Positions 9,490 to 20,155 are shown, counted from the stretch's first letter. The stretch is 54,184 nucleotides of DNA from a virus (IMGVR_UViG_3300025168_000114:1-54184), one strand, 5' to 3'. Notes: generated by a model not told the origin, from the sequence alone. A program made the numbers and translations.

Positions 9490-10557
9490 ATGGCTATAAG
9501 CCCAGACGTTCTTGCTTCTACCCTAACGGACCTGCTTCCGGGGTATAGTGAGACATTTACAAAGTGGCATCCGCTTCTCGACGCAATCGTGACGGGTGGT
9601 AATCTCAGCAAAAAGAAACTTGAGGGTCCTTCCCGCGAGTTCACCGTCGTAACAGGCGGTCCTGGACAAGTTACTCACATTCAAAGTGGTAACGAGGTCA
9701 TCAACGGTGGTCGTAAGCAGCTTGCTGTTCGCGGTAACGAAGTTGCACCTCGCTTGATCTACGCGTTTGACGTGCCCCGTAAGGACATGGCAGAAGCGAA
9801 TGGTAAGCAAGACCTTGCTAAACTAATCAAAACATACCCAGAGCGTGCTCTTCATGACTTCTACGAGATGCTTTCACAGCAACTCGCAGTTGGTGATGGC
9901 GCAAACGGCGTTGGCGGTTTCTTAACCCTCAATGGTGGTGCTACATACAACCCAGATGGCGGTACAGCACGCCAAGGCCTCCTAGAGGCTTCTGCTACTG
10001 CGACTGCTAACCCAGTTCACGGTTTAGCAGGTACTACAACCCCAGGCTGGCAAAACCAATTCGCAACTACTACTGGTTTCAGTGTAGATGGCGTTCGCAA
10101 GATGCGCGAAGTTTACTTCAAGTGTCAACGTGAAGGTCGTGTGGCTGACGGTACTGTTGACATGATGTTCGGTGATGAGGTTTCTTTCCTCAACTACATG
10201 GACAGCTTGCAAGAGCACGTCCGTACTGGTCACATCGAGTCTACAGACGGTAAGAACTACGGTCGTCAATCAATTAAGTTTGTCGATTCTGACTTCTACC
10301 TTGAAGACTCAATCGATCTAACTAAACTATCCGGCACTGCGGCGGACGGTTGTATTTATATGCTCAACTCATCTTCCTTTGAAGCGTTTACCCTCGGGCA
10401 AAACGCAGCTATGGAAGGAAAGGGCTTCTTCGACCAAGGTGCGCCAATGCGTATTCCTGATCTTGATGCTTACCGCTACGAGCTTATCCTTTATTTCGGT
10501 CTACATACTGTTCAGCGTCGTGCTAACGGTATCGTAACCGGCACAGCACTGAGCTAG
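9490..10557 (+). CDS. Major capsid protein
   Basis: 355 aa after the scaffold; highly expressed-type codon usage; HK97-like layout ending CIYMLNS...RRANGIV. Confidence 0.85.
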   Translation: MAISPDVLASTLTDLLPGYSETFTKWHPLLDAIVTGGNLSKKKLEGPSREFTVVTGGPGQVTHIQSGNEVINGGRKQLAVRGNEVAPRLIYAFDVPRKDMAEANGKQDLAKLIKTYPERALHDFYEMLSQQLAVGDGANGVGGFLTLNGGATYNPDGGTARQGLLEASATATANPVHGLAGTTTPGWQNQFATTTGFSVDGVRKMREVYFKCQREGRVADGTVDMMFGDEVSFLNYMDSLQEHVRTGHIESTDGKNYGRQSIKFVDSDFYLEDSIDLTKLSGTAADGCIYMLNSSSFEAFTLGQNAAMEGKGFFDQGAPMRIPDLDAYRYELILYFGLHTVQRRANGIVTGTALS

Positions 10558-10566
10558 GAGGTTCAA

Positions 10567-11040
10567 ATGCGCGTAGTTTCTGGTATAGAAGTAACATTAG
10601 TAAGAACAGCAGCCGAGGGCGCAGCGTTCCCCGTAGGAGGCAAGTTCTCAGTATCTAGTCCTGCAGGTAGCACTCAAGCCCAAGAATGGATTTATGTATC
10701 CGCAGGGGCTGGCCTTTCCCAAGGGGATGTAGTATCCCGTGCTAACGGTTCCACCACCTGCCTAGCGGCAGTTGTGGCGGGAGCGGATGCTGCAGGAAAA
10801 GTCATAGGCGTTGCGCAACACACCATTGCGTCAGGGTCTTTCGGCTTTATCCAGTGTAAGGGTATTGCAGAGGTTACAGCAAGTGGTGCTGCTACCACTG
10901 CAAACGCTGCAATCATGACAGCGGCTTCTGGAGAAGTCACAACCATGACTGCTGGTAACGAGCATAAAGTTATCGGCTTGGCGACTGAAGCAATAACAAG
11001 CGGCTTGGCCACTTGCTTCATCAACTGCCCCGGTGCTTAG
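10567..11040 (+). CDS. Capsid decoration/cement protein
   Basis: Ala/Gly-rich beta protein following MCP with GKVIGVA...FGFIQCKG...VIGLA pattern. Confidence 0.65.
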   Translation: MRVVSGIEVTLVRTAAEGAAFPVGGKFSVSSPAGSTQAQEWIYVSAGAGLSQGDVVSRANGSTTCLAAVVAGADAAGKVIGVAQHTIASGSFGFIQCKGIAEVTASGAATTANAAIMTAASGEVTTMTAGNEHKVIGLATEAITSGLATCFINCPGA

Positions 11041-11067
11041 TCACTGAGTCTTGGCGTAACTGCCTTC

Positions 11068-11110
11068 GGGGGGTTAGGAGTTATCTAGCTCCTAATCCCC
11101 CTTTTCTTTT
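11068..11110 (+). terminator. Rho-independent terminator
   Basis: GGGGGGTTAGGAG/CTCCTAATCCCCC stem followed by TTTTCTTTT after the capsid genes. Confidence 0.85.
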
Positions 11111-11122
11111 ATAGGTGCAAAA

Positions 11123-12640
11123 ATGAATCTGAGCGACATTTACCAAAGAGTCTTCGACTTGGCAGACTGGAATCCTTCCTCCTCGCCCGAGGCCAAGGCC
11201 AGAGTTATTCGATTCATTAATATGTCGTACTTTCAGATGGCGTTGGATGCACCTTACTTATTCTTTGAAGGTATGGTTGACATGGCTACGGAGCCTGATG
11301 TTGACCGATCTAATCGTAGCGACACGCTATCGGTGTTCACTAGTGGCTCAGACGCGGACCCTTGGGTTCTTAAGCGTAACTTGCCAACTACTCACCATAC
11401 CTCTCCTACGTTGTGGAAAGTAGACGGAACATGGAACGGCAGAAAGATTCAAGTTCAGGATAGCGAAGGTGATTGGCACATTCACACGATCCGAGATGTG
11501 TGGACAGATAGTACTTACCAGTATGTCTCCTTACTACGTCCGTTCACTGATACCACTCAAACGGAAATGAGGTATAAGATCTTCACGGACTACTACTACC
11601 TCCCGCCAGAGGTAATGCGGGTGAATCATGCTCGTACAGTAGACGGGTCTATTCATTCTAACTGGGAGCCTATCTCTCAGACAGAGGCAGAGGCGTACTA
11701 CCTGCCGACTAATCCTACAGATTCAGCAGTATCTGGCTACCCTACTCAGTACTTCCGCAGGCCGCCTGGAAGTTTACCCGCGCCGAACTGGACACCAGTA
11801 CTAAGTTCCTCGGCTGATTCGTGGGTGGGGCCCGAACCCGAAGGTACGTTTGAGTATAAGATTACCTATGCTTGGGGAAAGCAGGACGTAGAGTTAGGTT
11901 CTCCCGGCCCCCTAGCGCAAATTTCGGGGCTTGCCTCGGGGCCAGGCACAAACAGGCTAAAGCCTAGACTAGAGTCTGCACCTAGTAAGGCCTCCGCTCA
12001 GGCGGTTATACAAGGTGCAATAAAAGTATCTTTGCCTGACATAGATTTTATGCAAGGATTTGGGGAGGGAGAAGCTACTCTAGCAAGAGGCGGACACTCA
12101 GGCTGGACTAAGCGTATTTACCGCCGCCGTCTGACCTCTACAGCGAACAATTCACCGTCTTCGATTCCATCCGCTGGCACTAACATAGAGTCTTCAGATA
12201 CTTTCTACTTCTTAACCGAAGTGGCGGGGGCGGATGCTGAATTTGTGGATAATGGGTCACTTACGCCAGACTTTCTTTCTCCCTTGCGAGAGAGTAACTT
12301 ACACGAGGCGATTCAAATACACCCGCGTCCCAACAGTCGCATACGGTTTGAACTGCGCTGCTTAATGCGTCCGACTAAACTTGTAAGTGATACGGATGCG
12401 CCATTACTAAAAGTAGACGGCATTCCCGCACTGATAGAGGCCGTTATTGCTAAGGTACTTCGTGCCGAAGGTAACGGGGCAGAGGCTGCAGTCTGTGAAG
12501 GTAGATATGAAGACTGGCTAACTAGGCTCGCAAAGCGTTATGATAGTTTGCGGCCTCCGAGTAAACCTACTCGAAGACTTGCTTGCTCCCCAAGAAGGGG
12601 ACACCGAGCCTACGCTCGTAATTGGAAGAATGATCTGTAG
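11123..12640 (+). CDS. Head-tail adaptor (tail tubular A-like) with inserted beta domains
   Basis: N-terminal helices MNLSDIYQRV...RFINMSY, YYLPPEV, GYPTQY, IHPRP, C-terminal KLVSDTDAPLL plus helices. Confidence 0.6.
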   Translation: MNLSDIYQRVFDLADWNPSSSPEAKARVIRFINMSYFQMALDAPYLFFEGMVDMATEPDVDRSNRSDTLSVFTSGSDADPWVLKRNLPTTHHTSPTLWKVDGTWNGRKIQVQDSEGDWHIHTIRDVWTDSTYQYVSLLRPFTDTTQTEMRYKIFTDYYYLPPEVMRVNHARTVDGSIHSNWEPISQTEAEAYYLPTNPTDSAVSGYPTQYFRRPPGSLPAPNWTPVLSSSADSWVGPEPEGTFEYKITYAWGKQDVELGSPGPLAQISGLASGPGTNRLKPRLESAPSKASAQAVIQGAIKVSLPDIDFMQGFGEGEATLARGGHSGWTKRIYRRRLTSTANNSPSSIPSAGTNIESSDTFYFLTEVAGADAEFVDNGSLTPDFLSPLRESNLHEAIQIHPRPNSRIRFELRCLMRPTKLVSDTDAPLLKVDGIPALIEAVIAKVLRAEGNGAEAAVCEGRYEDWLTRLAKRYDSLRPPSKPTRRLACSPRRGHRAYARNWKNDL

Positions 12641-12648
12641 GAGGCAAT

Positions 12649-12954
12649 ATGCCAAGTAAGAAGACAGCAAAGACAGCAAAACCAGCAAAAAAAGTAACTA
12701 AAGATATCGTAGAGGTGGTCGAAGAGACTGCTCCTGAAGAGATCGAGGTTGTGGAAGATGGTGATACACCGCTTAGGGCGGGAGGTGTCTACCGGAAAGA
12801 ATTAGCAGGGGGAGCAACCCTAGAGGCTACTGTCCTTTGCACCAAAGAAAGTTCGAGCGGCGGAAAGGAAGGTATTATTAATATCTTCTGGGAAGCACCT
12901 CGCATGATAGTTGAGGGCTCTGACGAACTCAATCAGTGGGAACTGATTAACTAG
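12649..12954 (+). CDS. Hypothetical protein
   Basis: 101 aa, GGAGG RBS, in the tail operon. Confidence 0.6.
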   Translation: MPSKKTAKTAKPAKKVTKDIVEVVEETAPEEIEVVEDGDTPLRAGGVYRKELAGGATLEATVLCTKESSSGGKEGIINIFWEAPRMIVEGSDELNQWELIN

Positions 12955-12962
12955 GAGTAGGC

Positions 12963-15131
12963 GTGCCTAAGAATCGGATTACCACAGGGATACTTCAGCC
13001 TCGGGAAGAGACGGGTAAGTTACTTACCCCAGACAATCTTGCAGGCGAAGTCTTCAATATGCGTATTACCGAGGAGGGCACGCTACGTTCGATAGAGGGG
13101 CCTACCCCTTGGCTGCCTGCAACGTCTGGACTAAGGGACATAACATACCCTTCCCCTACGAAAGAAATGCATGGTATTTACCACCACGCATTCGATAATA
13201 AAGATATGCTCCTCCTACATTCAGGGGCCGCAGTCTATGTATTTGAGGGGTGGAAAAAACGATGGGGCGGGGGGGTTCCCGGTAAAGACGAACTTCTTAA
13301 AGACGATACTTCGGCGTTGCTACAAACTCGCGTACCGAACTTTAAAAGCGTATGTGCGCCGACTCAGTTCGAGGGTGTGCCTAATGGTGTGGTCATCGTT
13401 CCGCAGGAAGGACGGGCTTACTTTTTCGATGGAGAAGCAGTGGGGGCGTTGGGTTACTCTAATGCTCCTAGTTCTCCCGTGGGTAATGGGCCGCCTGCTT
13501 ACAATCATACTACAGCTAATATGTTTGCGGATGAGTTTTCGAGGGTTCCTTTCGGCTTTGGGAGAGTAGGTACAGTATCTCCCTATGGAGGGCAAGTAAA
13601 GGGAGACGACGTAGCCACAGGTATGCGACTTAAGGGCTCCTTCATGGCTGCCACTCGATGGATAGACCGATGGGGAAACATGAGTCCTGTGAGTGCCCCC
13701 TCGTCTGAGGTTCTAATCCCTAGTAAGTTTTCTAGAGGGGTGCCGTGGAATGGGGGCTCCGCTGGGCCTCAGCATATGGACTGGACCGCACCTCATATCC
13801 TTTGGGAAAGTGTTGAGGTAGACGATGCTCCTGATTCTCACACAGTAGGTCGTATTCTTTACCGCACAAAAGATACGAAGAACTCAGGGGAAGCGGGACT
13901 GTTTGAAGTACCTGCGAATGCAGGATCAGGGTCTTTATACTATGCCACAATGCCCGATAACATATCTTCTATGTTCCCAGACAACACTCCAGACGAGCAA
14001 TTACTAACAACACCTACTCAGACCATTGCTATTCCAGAGTTTAGGTACTGCAAGTTGGCGTTCGGCGTACTGTTTATTGCAGATAAGCAGATGGTTAGGT
14101 GGTCGCGACCAGGCCTATGGGGCACTTTTGACGAGAACTCTTGGATAGTGCCTGACGCTAGTGGGGCCGAGATTACAGGTTTTGCTAACACGCCGTCAGG
14201 CCTTATTGTATTTACGGAGTCATCCACCTTCCGTATTAACCAAAACCAAGATGGAACGGGATACACGCATCAGACCCTAAGCTCCTCTGCAGGGTGTGTC
14301 GCCCCTAGTAGCATTCAGGTTTCGGCAGACGGTACTGCACTCTGGTTAGGTAGAGAAGGCTTTTATGCTCTAGCAGCGGGAGGGCAGCCTACGCTTATAA
14401 GCGCAGATATCCAGACTAAAACTCGCTACATCAATTCGGCACGGGCTATTCAAGCCACTTCAGTACTTGACCCTAAGACTGGTGAGTACAGATGCTGGGT
14501 GCCGTTTCAAGGCTCTAGGTCTAACAACAGATGCTTTATCTTTGACGGAGGCAGTTGGAGAGAGTCTCAGGTTATCAATGAAGTAAAGGCCGCTTGTGTT
14601 GTAAAAGACCATAGAGCCTATGTGCTTGTTGCAGGTACAGCCACGGGGGCCACAAGGATAGGTACAACTTCTGATATCGCAACCACTACAGGGGTTTACC
14701 TACTAGACCACGAGGTTTTTTCTTTCACTCCCGCCCAAAGAGAGTCAAAGGTAAGAACGACTTGGATAGGCTCTGCAGATGCTACAAGAAAGAGCCCTAA
14801 GCGGGTCACAATCTGGCTGAGAGAGTGCCATTCCTCCTCGTTAACGGTCACATTGTACCGAGATTGGCGCAAGAAGGCGGTGCAAACGGACACTAGCACA
14901 GTCAAACTCTACAGTACAGAAGATGTTCCGCCGTTCTGGGGCAGTACCTCACTTGATGGGAACGCTAGTTGGAAGAAAAGACGGCCATACTGGACTAAGA
15001 TTGATATCGCTGTGCCTTCGTGCGAAGTATTTTCGGTAGAACTAAGCATGAACTCAAACATTGCTTGGGAATTTGTCGGCCTAGAAGTGGAAGAGGTTAT
15101 ACATAGTTCATCACATCGGATTCCGAGGTAG
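12963..15131 (+). CDS. Tail nozzle / tubular protein B-like (P22 gp10-like) beta-propeller
   Basis: 722 aa beta-rich protein; VRWS...W...EITG...LIVFTES...GCVAPSSI...WLGREGFY...ISADI pattern. Confidence 0.7.
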   Translation: MPKNRITTGILQPREETGKLLTPDNLAGEVFNMRITEEGTLRSIEGPTPWLPATSGLRDITYPSPTKEMHGIYHHAFDNKDMLLLHSGAAVYVFEGWKKRWGGGVPGKDELLKDDTSALLQTRVPNFKSVCAPTQFEGVPNGVVIVPQEGRAYFFDGEAVGALGYSNAPSSPVGNGPPAYNHTTANMFADEFSRVPFGFGRVGTVSPYGGQVKGDDVATGMRLKGSFMAATRWIDRWGNMSPVSAPSSEVLIPSKFSRGVPWNGGSAGPQHMDWTAPHILWESVEVDDAPDSHTVGRILYRTKDTKNSGEAGLFEVPANAGSGSLYYATMPDNISSMFPDNTPDEQLLTTPTQTIAIPEFRYCKLAFGVLFIADKQMVRWSRPGLWGTFDENSWIVPDASGAEITGFANTPSGLIVFTESSTFRINQNQDGTGYTHQTLSSSAGCVAPSSIQVSADGTALWLGREGFYALAAGGQPTLISADIQTKTRYINSARAIQATSVLDPKTGEYRCWVPFQGSRSNNRCFIFDGGSWRESQVINEVKAACVVKDHRAYVLVAGTATGATRIGTTSDIATTTGVYLLDHEVFSFTPAQRESKVRTTWIGSADATRKSPKRVTIWLRECHSSSLTVTLYRDWRKKAVQTDTSTVKLYSTEDVPPFWGSTSLDGNASWKKRRPYWTKIDIAVPSCEVFSVELSMNSNIAWEFVGLEVEEVIHSSSHRIPR

Positions 15132-15133
15132 GT

Positions 15134-15829
15134 ATGGGTTATCGATTTCCTCCAAATAAACTAAAAGACACCGAAGTCGTAGACATCGAAAGGACTAATG
15201 AGAACTTTCAGGCCATTGCGGAAGAGGCTTCCTCAAATCTAAATGAGCACAACTGGGAAGACGGGGCGTTTGTCAGTGCTACTCAAGTTAAGGCTGACAG
15301 AGATGTCTTTGAAAACACAGCAGCCTACAGGCTTTTTAGAGAGTCCGTAATTAGTGAACGGGTACTAGACCCCGCGAACGACACTATAGGGACCTCAGGT
15401 GACGTAGAAGAGTCGCAAGCATGGACTACTGTACCAGGCCTAACAAAGACCTTCACCTCCGAGGGCGGCATGGTCTACGTTATAGGAAGTTGCGGAGTTT
15501 TTAACTATGTAGAAAAGGCTGCCCCTCGCCCCGACCGAGGTAACCATTTCGCTATCCGGATGGACGGGCAAGTAATTAACGAGAGTATTGTAGGAGGCGA
15601 GGAGCCGTCACAAGAGGACCTTAATCGGACGGAGGAATCTTACTTGCATTCTTTTGGTCAACGCAGGTTCTCGTTCCCCGTATGTGCCGAGGCCGTAGTC
15701 ATGATAACTCCCGGCGTACATACGGTAGAAATGGTTATCCGCTCCGACGTTTCTACAAAGAGGTCAGGCATTAATATAAACTGCCGTGAACTTGACGTTA
15801 TTTACCTTACAACTGCGAGGACTATGTAA
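15134..15829 (+). CDS. Putative tail fibre/spike-associated virion protein 1
   Basis: N-terminal NENF anchor-like motif and C-terminal beta-sandwich (PGVHTVEM). Confidence 0.5.
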   Translation: MGYRFPPNKLKDTEVVDIERTNENFQAIAEEASSNLNEHNWEDGAFVSATQVKADRDVFENTAAYRLFRESVISERVLDPANDTIGTSGDVEESQAWTTVPGLTKTFTSEGGMVYVIGSCGVFNYVEKAAPRPDRGNHFAIRMDGQVINESIVGGEEPSQEDLNRTEESYLHSFGQRRFSFPVCAEAVVMITPGVHTVEMVIRSDVSTKRSGININCRELDVIYLTTARTM

Positions 15830-16632
15830 TGAGTACAATAGATTACGATCCCCTCGATGAGGAAGAGGCGTTCACGGACACATCGTTAAACGCAGGATTT
15901 ACCGAATTAGTGAGCGGCATTAATGCGATAGAGGTGGATGCGGTAAAAAGACACTCTTTGCGTAGTGAGCATCAGCCTAGTCTCACACCTGCGGATGAGC
16001 ACCCAGGCCTAACCTGGACAAAACAACTAACAGCAGCACCGGCTACGGACACAGGAACTAAGTTAACCAGTACCTCTAACACGCCTGTAACAGGCCCTGA
16101 AGGGGACTTAGAGGTACTATTCCCAGACGGTATAACTCTAGGGATGACGGGCGCAGATAGGATCGGAGCTTTGTTGGTTCTTGCTAATGTTCGCATCGGC
16201 GGTATGTTTACGCTGAGTACCAAGTCTAAAAATAATCTTATCGTACTTACAATAGCCATAAAAGTTTCAAGCAGCAGTTGGCGCAATATCAGTAGGACAC
16301 GCCGTTCCCTGTCCATGCCTGATCAAGCCGAATTAAGTTATAGAGCCGCTGGGGCAGGTGCGGATGAGTTAAAGCCAGCAGAATCCTTTCAGGAGAGTGT
16401 AAATTTCGACATCCCTTTAAGGACGTTGATAGACCTAAACGATTTGGCGGAAGGGGACTCAGTTGTTTATGGAGTTAAAGTTAATATAAGAGGGGCACAA
16501 GCCAACACTGGAGCCCCTGCGGATACTTGGATAGACAGTTTAAATACGGGGGTTAGCCTTAGTGCCTACTACTCTGTAGCCCAAGCCAACCTTTCTGTAA
16601 TTCCTTTCCATGCACTGGCGGTGATGAACTAA
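15829..16632 (+). CDS. Putative tail fibre/spike-associated virion protein 2
   Basis: Coupled by TAATG overlap; LNAGF anchor-like motif and beta-rich C-terminus. Confidence 0.5.
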   Translation: MSTIDYDPLDEEEAFTDTSLNAGFTELVSGINAIEVDAVKRHSLRSEHQPSLTPADEHPGLTWTKQLTAAPATDTGTKLTSTSNTPVTGPEGDLEVLFPDGITLGMTGADRIGALLVLANVRIGGMFTLSTKSKNNLIVLTIAIKVSSSSWRNISRTRRSLSMPDQAELSYRAAGAGADELKPAESFQESVNFDIPLRTLIDLNDLAEGDSVVYGVKVNIRGAQANTGAPADTWIDSLNTGVSLSAYYSVAQANLSVIPFHALAVMN

Positions 16633-17318
16633 TGGCTGATATTGTACTATCCAATACTTGGACTTCTTCCGATACTCCTACCGGAGATGAAGTCTCTAAG
16701 AACTTCAACACTATGGAATCAGCAAATTCTTTCGCTGAAATTAATGGTGATTTAGGTGCGGAGAATCTTGCAGGGACGGAGACGATTGACACCGAGCATT
16801 TACAGTTAGGCTCCCAGACTTATGCTAAGATGGTAGGGTCTACGGCTAATATGGATTATTTTAAGGATGTGTTTAACCCCGAGAACGACGGGGTCATTCC
16901 TGCAGGAGGCGGCTCATCCATACCCGGCGCAGGCTTAACCTACAACCTTCCTTACTCTCCTCGCTTCCTCCTAGTAACTTGGCAGATAATGGTCACGCAC
17001 GACTCAGGAGATGAGGAGTACATAGGGGGCGACGGTAGTGAAGCACCTAAGAACGCTTATATTCGACTCTACCATGACGGAGTTAAGAATCAATCTTCCC
17101 AAAGGACTATACCCTCGCACCTGTTCAAAACTGTAAATGGCGGTACGGACAACGGGGAGTACGTCAGATTCAGCGCACAAAGACAACGAGCATACTCTGG
17201 GCACGTTCTTATTGAGAACCCTGCAGCAGGCATACACTCAACAGGATTAAGGATTCATTCGGAAGCAGACCAAACTAGGGTGCGAGTTCGAGGCTTTCGG
17301 GTTATCGCGTTTAAATAA
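16632..17318 (+). CDS. Putative tail fibre/spike-associated virion protein 3
   Basis: TAATG overlap; VSKNF anchor-like motif and AGIHSTGL beta-sandwich end. Confidence 0.5.
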   Translation: MADIVLSNTWTSSDTPTGDEVSKNFNTMESANSFAEINGDLGAENLAGTETIDTEHLQLGSQTYAKMVGSTANMDYFKDVFNPENDGVIPAGGGSSIPGAGLTYNLPYSPRFLLVTWQIMVTHDSGDEEYIGGDGSEAPKNAYIRLYHDGVKNQSSQRTIPSHLFKTVNGGTDNGEYVRFSAQRQRAYSGHVLIENPAAGIHSTGLRIHSEADQTRVRVRGFRVIAFK

Positions 17319-17329
17319 AGGATTTTAGT

Positions 17330-19240
17330 ATGGCTATTGACTGGAAAGAACGCGATCTTACGATTGAGAGGAGACTAGCCGAGTTCGAGGCAAAGGCCCA
17401 AGAACGTCGCGAAGAGGCTGCAAGAAAAGTTGAGCAGGAGGCGGCGGCAGCCCAACGGAAAGCCTCGCAAGAAGCAGCACAGCCTGAGGTAGTTGTTGAA
17501 GAGGAAGTGGAAACTCCCGACAGTGATATGCCTTTGGTCCACCCTAACGACCCTAACTACACCAGTGACCCAGATAGCCCTTACTGGGCTGGAATGGTAA
17601 CTGGCGGACCTGCGTACTCAGGAGAAGAAACTGAAGTAAAGGGTAAGGGAGAGGGAGAGGGAGAGGATGGGCCTCTGATGAAGGGGAGTCTGTATGCTAC
17701 CCATGGAATTGCCAACAGTCAAAGAGTCATCGAGGGAGAACCAACTTTAGACGAGTATTTAGCCGCACTAAAGGTAGAGAAGCCAGTTAAGTGGGAGGTA
17801 AGCGGAACTGCAGAAATGCGGGACGCAAAGCACAGAAATCCCAAGTGGGACGAGTACTACAGGGCCCAAAATACCATTGGTAAGTATGAGCAGGAGCGGG
17901 TAGAGGCTGCGGCGGCTAAAGTAGCAGAACAGTACGATGTCAGGGAGGATGGTACGGCGGTTAATTGGATTAGCAGACCTGAACGCCCCGTAGGCTTCTG
18001 GAACGACTGGATAGGAACAATAGCCACTCTTGGTTTTATCAAACGCGAGGGGCCAGAGTGGGATGCATACTTGAATTTTCACAAACGAAAAGGCGAGAGG
18101 TATTGGGCAATACAAAACGCTAAAAAGGCTGAGAGTGAGCGTATAAGAAAAGAGGCGCAGGCTGAGTTCGCATCCGCTAATACAGACATTGAAGGCCTGA
18201 CGGACCACTTCCGTAGGACTACGGAAGCAGGCTATGGTGGGCCTCCGATATCCTATGAAGACCGTATAGACGCTAAAAGTGATTACGAGAAATCCTTAGA
18301 AGAAGCGGCTCAGGGTGCCCCAGTGTCAAAGATGACTCCTGACGTTCCTGAGGGTAGAGCAGACGTAGAATTGGACAAAGATCAGTACATTCGCGGCGGA
18401 GAGTTCGACAAAGATCAGTACGTTTACGACACACGGGCGGGAGTACCTTCTCCCAACCCCAAGACCGATACCCCAGAACAAACAGCCGCTTGGGATACTT
18501 ATATGCAGGCCATCGCTGACGGTGACTTGGACGATCAATTTGAGGCTTCTCATGCAGTACGGAGAGCGTTCGGCAGGCCAGTCTTCTCTCAGGAGAAGGC
18601 AGAGGCGGGGGCTTCTGACAGTCCTACTGAGGAGTCCGAAGCACCAGTCATTGATAAGGCCTCAGAAAGGCCTTATAAGAAGGCTGCAGAGGCTTACATA
18701 GGGCCTATGCAAAAGATAGAAAGTTTCGGAGGAAAGTCCGACGCTAGTAATCCAATATCCTCGGCGTATGGGGCATCTCAGTTCACTAAAGGTACTTGGA
18801 TAGGTATGATCAAGAAGTACCGCCCAGACTTGATGGAAGGAAGAACTAAGGAAGAAGTTCTAGCCATGAGGTCAAACTACAAATTAGACTATGAGATGGT
18901 AACAAGGTTTACAGAGGAGAACGCAGCCAAGTTAGACAGGCTTGGACACCCTCTGACTAGAAGAAATCTCTACTTGATGCACTTCGCTGGCTCTAATGCT
19001 GCACCTAAACTCCTAAACGCCCCAGAGGGAGATAAAGCAAGCAATTATGTAAACTCAAAATCCCAGAAGTCCAACCCTAGTGTATTTTGGTACGGGGCCA
19101 GAAAGAAGGATAAAAATGGGAAAACGGTATACTACTACGAGGGCAAGCAAAAGTACCCGGTATGGATACACGCGCACAATCCTCCTAAGTATAAAAGTGT
19201 TAAGGAAGTATTAGACTGGGCAGAAAATAAAATGGGATAA
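17330..19240 (+). CDS. Virion/ejection protein with C-terminal lytic transglycosylase (lysozyme-like) domain
   Basis: IESFGG catalytic Glu, SSAYGASQFTKGTW and LYLMHFAG motifs. Confidence 0.8.
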   Translation: MAIDWKERDLTIERRLAEFEAKAQERREEAARKVEQEAAAAQRKASQEAAQPEVVVEEEVETPDSDMPLVHPNDPNYTSDPDSPYWAGMVTGGPAYSGEETEVKGKGEGEGEDGPLMKGSLYATHGIANSQRVIEGEPTLDEYLAALKVEKPVKWEVSGTAEMRDAKHRNPKWDEYYRAQNTIGKYEQERVEAAAAKVAEQYDVREDGTAVNWISRPERPVGFWNDWIGTIATLGFIKREGPEWDAYLNFHKRKGERYWAIQNAKKAESERIRKEAQAEFASANTDIEGLTDHFRRTTEAGYGGPPISYEDRIDAKSDYEKSLEEAAQGAPVSKMTPDVPEGRADVELDKDQYIRGGEFDKDQYVYDTRAGVPSPNPKTDTPEQTAAWDTYMQAIADGDLDDQFEASHAVRRAFGRPVFSQEKAEAGASDSPTEESEAPVIDKASERPYKKAAEAYIGPMQKIESFGGKSDASNPISSAYGASQFTKGTWIGMIKKYRPDLMEGRTKEEVLAMRSNYKLDYEMVTRFTEENAAKLDRLGHPLTRRNLYLMHFAGSNAAPKLLNAPEGDKASNYVNSKSQKSNPSVFWYGARKKDKNGKTVYYYEGKQKYPVWIHAHNPPKYKSVKEVLDWAENKMG

Positions 19241-19262
19241 TCCCTTATAAGGAGAAATAATC

Positions 19263-19682
19263 ATGGCACATAAATCATCATTCGACGAAGAAGCAAAGAA
19301 GAAAGCAATAGATAAGGCTATGCCTGAGGAGAAGCCTAATCCGATAATGAAAACTATTCGGAAAGGTATGACTAAGTTCCATGAGGCTACTACTCCGCCT
19401 GAAGAACTTGACGCGCTCAAGCGAGTTAAGGCTAAGAAAGCCAAAGCAAAAGCAGAGGCTAAGGCTAAGGAGCGTACAAAAGGATTAGACGAGCGTATAA
19501 AGAAGAGTTCCGACAAGGCTGAAAAGACTTATAGGAAACGGAACGCGCAGTTGAAGCCTAGGCCTGGGAGCGTGGACGACGAAGGACTACGGGACAAACG
19601 CTATGACTCCGAGCTGGCCCAAGACCAGCGCAAGAAAGAAGGTGATGCTCGTATCGCAGAACTCAAGAAGAAAGGGAAGTAA
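19263..19682 (+). CDS. Lys-rich hypothetical protein
   Basis: 139 aa, AAGGAG RBS, highly charged and helical. Confidence 0.65.
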   Translation: MAHKSSFDEEAKKKAIDKAMPEEKPNPIMKTIRKGMTKFHEATTPPEELDALKRVKAKKAKAKAEAKAKERTKGLDERIKKSSDKAEKTYRKRNAQLKPRPGSVDDEGLRDKRYDSELAQDQRKKEGDARIAELKKKGK

Positions 19683-19684
19683 TC

Positions 19685-20131
19685 ATGGGCATCAATAACT
19701 ACCGCGACATGGAGACGGACCAACTCAAGGCCAACGTAGGTAAAATTGGTACTCCAGGCTTATCCGAACGCCAGAAGTCTCAGCAACGCGCTCAGGCAAT
19801 GCAGGCCGCAGGGCAACAGGCTCAGGTGCAGCAGACAGGCCTGAACCGCCAGATGATGGCGCAAGGCGGCCAGATGCAAGGTGCATATGCGCAACAGGCA
19901 AACCAGTTAGCAAACGCTGGAGCCCAAGCAGGCGCACAGGCGGGGTTCCAAGCAGAGCAAATGAGTCAGCAGATTGCACAGGCTCGTGACGCGCAAATTC
20001 GTGCAGACATGGCTCGTCAATCAGATATCACACGGCAGAACTGGCAAAAGGGACTAGATACTGGAATGCAAATCAATGAGCAGGGTGTACGGGCCGCAGA
20101 GGCTGCAGCAAAACTGACCACAGGTAAATAA
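19685..20131 (+). CDS. Gln/Ala-rich putative DNA ejection (pilot) protein
   Basis: Q/A/G-rich helical composition and position ahead of two large internal proteins. Confidence 0.55.
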   Translation: MGINNYRDMETDQLKANVGKIGTPGLSERQKSQQRAQAMQAAGQQAQVQQTGLNRQMMAQGGQMQGAYAQQANQLANAGAQAGAQAGFQAEQMSQQIAQARDAQIRADMARQSDITRQNWQKGLDTGMQINEQGVRAAEAAAKLTTGK

Positions 20132-20155
20132 TAGTATAGATGACGGAGATTTAAA

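Noticed and set aside
4217-11040. Runs of genes in the same frame separated only by TAG (terL-portal-7907-8135; scaffold-MCP-decoration), suggesting amber recoding or readthrough
   Set aside because: Each gene is full length under the standard code, and the phase is explained by TAG-ATG or TAGGAG-N6-ATG stop/RBS geometry; other TAG junctions are out of frame. Low-level MCP readthrough cannot be excluded.
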